Assembly: GCF_006345805.1 (NCBI RefSeq)
Contig: NC_043012.1
Coordinates: 8,928,001-8,992,000 of the forward strand
Direction: 5' to 3'
DNA: 64,000 nt
Source: Octopus sinensis
Taxonomy: Eukaryota
Part shown: positions 60,190 through 64,000 of the stretch, piece after piece
Layout of the letters: each line of letters starts with the position of its first letter
How positions within the stretch are numbered: the stretch's first letter is position 1
The notes under the pieces: generated by a model
Told to the model about the DNA's origin: nothing
Seen by the model: the letters and a program-made list of their open reading frames with translations, nothing else
Databases searched by the model: none
Position numbers and translations under genes: made by a program

Positions 60190-60601
60190 GGATCTTTTCA
60201 GTTTGAACGGCAGTTTTTTCTAGCGGTGTCATATGAAATTGTCACCCATAACTATGACCCTAGAATCGATCTATTGCATTTCAATCTGTTTTAGGGCTAG
60301 GGTTGGGGGAAGGGTATCTTTTTTTCTTCATAAATGTAAATAAACCCAATCTGTTTCTTAAACGAGGGACATATTCACACGGCACAAAATGCTTTTTAAC
60401 TCAATAGACGTCACTGATTGGTTGAAATTGCAGAAATTGAAGAGAAAAACAACAACAAATATCTTACAAAGTATAGAATGTTCTCAATAAAGCCAAGAGA
60501 AAAAGATGTTTTATAAACACATTCTACCAGTATACGAAGTTAAAAATTTTTTAGTTACCTAGAAATTATGTTAAAAACTGTCGTTCAAACCGAAAAGATC
60601 C
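60190..60601 (-). mobile_element. MITE with GGATC... TIRs, copy 3, perfect 8-bp TSD
   Basis: AACGACTG|GGATCTTTTCAGTTTGAACGGCAG ... CTGTCGTTCAAACCGAAAAGATCC|AACGACTG. It is the reverse orientation of 22856-23239. Confidence 0.88.
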
Positions 60602-62400
60602 AACGACTGTTGTAATCGTTAGGCCAAACTCATTGTAAGGTAAATACCACCATGACCGATATCCAAACTACAGTGGAGAAGGCTAGCCACTGGATTTGGT
60701 TAAAAAGAGACGATGAGCAATGGCTACAGAAATATTGAGCTATATTTAATAACCAGTTGATCTAGCAAGCGGGGCCTCATATCAGTGAGGTGGGGGGTAG
60801 CCGGTGCGCATTGATGCCGCCGAGAGGTTGGCCCCGAAACGGCGCGCGTTCTCTCCTGATGACCCCATACACTTGCTGGATTCCGGTATGCAGAGTTCTC
60901 GACTGAGGAAGCACTTGTATGTGCAAGTTGTTTGCAAGACATATTTTTACAGTGGCCAAACAGACAGGTAAACGATACATATCAACAGCTTACGAAATCA
61001 AATACGAAAGGCTAAAGTAATTCTTGTGAATGAATAGTCGAGAGAATCCTGCCTGAAAGTTACATGTAGATTAAATAATATAGCCAATCATAGTATTTGG
61101 ATAATTAAACGATTTCCTATGCAATTGCTTGCTTACTTAAGAATTGTTCGTACGCCGCGCAAAATGATTAGCGGCATTTCGTTCGTCTTTACATTCTTAG
61201 TTCAAATTCTGCCGAGGTCGGCTTCGTGTTTCATCCTACCAAGGGTCAATGAAATAAGTACCAGTTGAGCACTGCGGTTGATGTAATCGACTTAGCCCCC
61301 TACCCTGAACTTGTTGGCCTTATACCACAAGTTGAAATCAATATTATTCCCAAAGTGCCGATGATCCCATGTACACCTTTACTTAGATGCTACCTTTTTG
61401 AGACCTCTATCTCGAAGTGCTTGTATTTACTAACTTTTCAAACGTCTTCACAGAGGTGTTGCAGGTTCTAAAAAGGATTAAGTCGATTATATCGATCCCA
61501 GTGCGTAACTGGTACTTATTTAATCAACCCTGAAAGGATGAAAGGCAAAGTCGACGTCGGCGGAATTTGAACTCAGAACGTAACGGCAGACGAAATGCAT
61601 ATTTCTTTACTACCCACAAGGGGCTAAACACAGAGAGGACAAACAAGGACAGACAAACGGATTAAGTCGATTATATTGACTCCAGTGTGTAACTGGTACT
61701 TATTTAATCGACCCCGAAAGGATGAAAGGCAAAGTCGACCTCGGCGGAATTTGAACTCAGAACATAACGGCAGACGTAATACCGCTAAGCATTTCGCCCG
61801 GCGTACTAACGATTCTGCCAGCTCGCTGCCTCCTTTAGGGGTAGACAAAACCGATAAGATACAACACCCAGGGATTAAAAAAAAAAAGGGTGCATAATAG
61901 GCGTAGGTGTGGCTGTGTGGTAAGAAGCTTGCTTCCCAATACATGGTTCTGGATTCAGCCCCACTTCGTAGCACCTTGGCCAAGTGTCTTCTACTATAGC
62001 CCCAGGCCGACCAAAGCCTTGTAAATGGATTTGCTAGAGAGAAAAAAGCTCCTCATAATAGATACACACACACACACTGCAGTCGACGTCATAGACTTAA
62101 ACCTTCCTAGAACTTGCTGGCTTTGTGCCAAAATTTGAAACCAATATTACTTCTTTAGAATATAAGGGAGGCCACTAAATACCACAAAACAGGCCGATGT
62201 TCTACCGACTAATATCAAAACAAAACAAAACAAAACAAACAACAAAAAACCGAACTATATTCCAGAAATAAGATGATAGGAATAAATACACTAATTATCT
62301 CAGTCATAAAGTGCAGCTTCGGTATAATGTATTAGGGGTTTGAGGAACCCCTAACTGAGGTGGAAAATGGAAATAGCAGCTAGGTCCTGCGATTATACCC

Positions 62401-62603
62401 TTTTACTCTTTTATTTGTTTCAGTCATTTGACTGCGGCCATGCTGGAGCACCGCCTTTAATCGAGCAACTCAACCCCATGACTTATTCTTTGTAAGCCCA
62501 GTACTTATTCTATCGGTCTCTTTTGCCGAACCGCTAAGTGACGGGGACATAAACACACCAGCATCGGTTGTCAAGCAATGCTAGGGGGACAAACACAGAC
62601 ACA

Positions 62604-62645
<42 letters not shown>

Positions 62646-62815
62646 CATATATACGAGGGACTTCTTTCAGCTTCCGTCTACCAAATCCACTCACAAGGCT
62701 TTGGTCGGCCCAAGGCTATGGTAGAAGACACTTGCCTAAGGTGCCACGCAGTGGGACTGAACCCGGAACCATGTGGTTGGTAAACAAGCTACTTACCACA
62801 CAGCCACTCCTACGC
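62401..62815 (-). mobile_element. tRNA-derived SINE family A, full copy
   Basis: Same head, body and tail as the other family A copies. Confidence 0.85.
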
Positions 62816-64000
62816 ATTGTTCCTAAGTGGAAGAGGTTCTTTAACCTTTAACACTGCATTTTCTCTAGAATTGTTTCCTTTACTTCAGGGAGAGAACTCA
62901 TACGATGACATAATGCGTCGACAGATATTTGTTTTCATGCCTGTATTTTGATACCAACCCTTAACTTCTCTTGTGTCTCCTGAAAGGTTGTGTCAATGGC
63001 TTAACACTACCACTAGACATGTTGTCTGCCTCTAGCTAAGTCGAATATGCTGCAAACATTCCAGCAAAGTTTGTAGTTTGAGGATACTTTTCTTTCCCGC
63101 CCTTCAGCCAACATCAGAGGCCCTGTAAAAGGTCAAGTCGTTGCCCACTCTCTTGGCTAAATGCATGAGATCTAAAATATCTACTAATTCAATAATTTTT
63201 GATGTCTTATTACCATGATCGAAAATATCCTCTTCAAATATAATGATTTTTTCCTTTTAATAAACTTGCATTAATTATATCAGTTATTAATATCTCATAC
63301 AGTTATTAATCTTTTATACAGCAACGACTTAAATTTCACTTTCTTGTGCATTTGAAAACATCATTTTATTCTAGTTCATTAATTTTATTTTCAAATGAAT
63401 CAAACGAATTTTTTAATTGTATACGAAAAATTAATTACAAGTTCGGAAGATTAGTGAAGTTTATGTGTTGTAAGGAGTGTAGAATATAGCATTTCGTCGC
63501 TCTGTTTCTGTGTCTGAGAATAAGGAAACATGGTCGGAATCACTGGGACGGCGAAGTGTGCTTGATGATGTGAGAGGGCGAGGGGTTATTGAAGTGTAAG
63601 GAACAAAGGAAAAAGGCCAAATATTTAAACAGAAGGATCACTCAATACTTTTAGTAGAGTAAATTTTATTAAACTTTTACATGGAGAAAGCTGCTAGTGA
63701 CTTTGAAGTACTGATTAGCTCGGAGTTACTTCATGTATATATAAATAAATAATAAATGCGCCCTTTTAAAGCCTAGCCAGGCTCATGGGCCCGGTTTCTC
63801 GGTTTATATGGCGTATGTGTTCTCCAGCTGGACGGGACGCCAGTCCATCGCAGCGCAACTCATTTTTGCCATCTGAGTGGACTGGAGCAACGTGAAATGA
63901 AGTGTTTTGCCCAAGAACACAACGCGTCGCCCGGTCCAGGAATCGAAACCACAATCTTACGATCATGGTGCTGATACCCAAACCACTAAGCCACGCTCCT

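Overview
AT-rich, repeat-dense eukaryotic genomic DNA. It is probably from an octopus-like coleoid cephalopod; this is inferred from the SINE, RTE and microsatellite landscape, not from a database search. Two host genes are supported and lie head-to-head. LYAR (minus strand, 29749-28678) has an apparently intronless CDS broken by a single +1 frame shift near 29270. METTL6, a tRNA m3C32 methyltransferase (plus strand), has five coding exons over 33449-40534. The rest is mostly mobile DNA: tRNA-derived SINEs, RTE 3'-end copies, mariner/Tc1 relics, several MITE families and Helitron-like elements. From about 41.8 to 56.35 kb there is a nested pile of retroelements (Penelope-like, L1/Tx1, CR1, RTE), all on the minus strand. 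The most notable system is the Penelope-like element (PLE). It has an uninterrupted ~1,000-codon RT + GIY-YIG ORF, a 129-nt GT-AG intron at its 5' end that splices in frame to an upstream exon, and downstream a minimal hammerhead ribozyme whose core has the swapped G3:C8 pair. A second, canonical-core minimal hammerhead sits in a solo repeat at about 13.1 kb. Repeat boundaries were read by eye and are approximate unless TIR/TSD bases are quoted.
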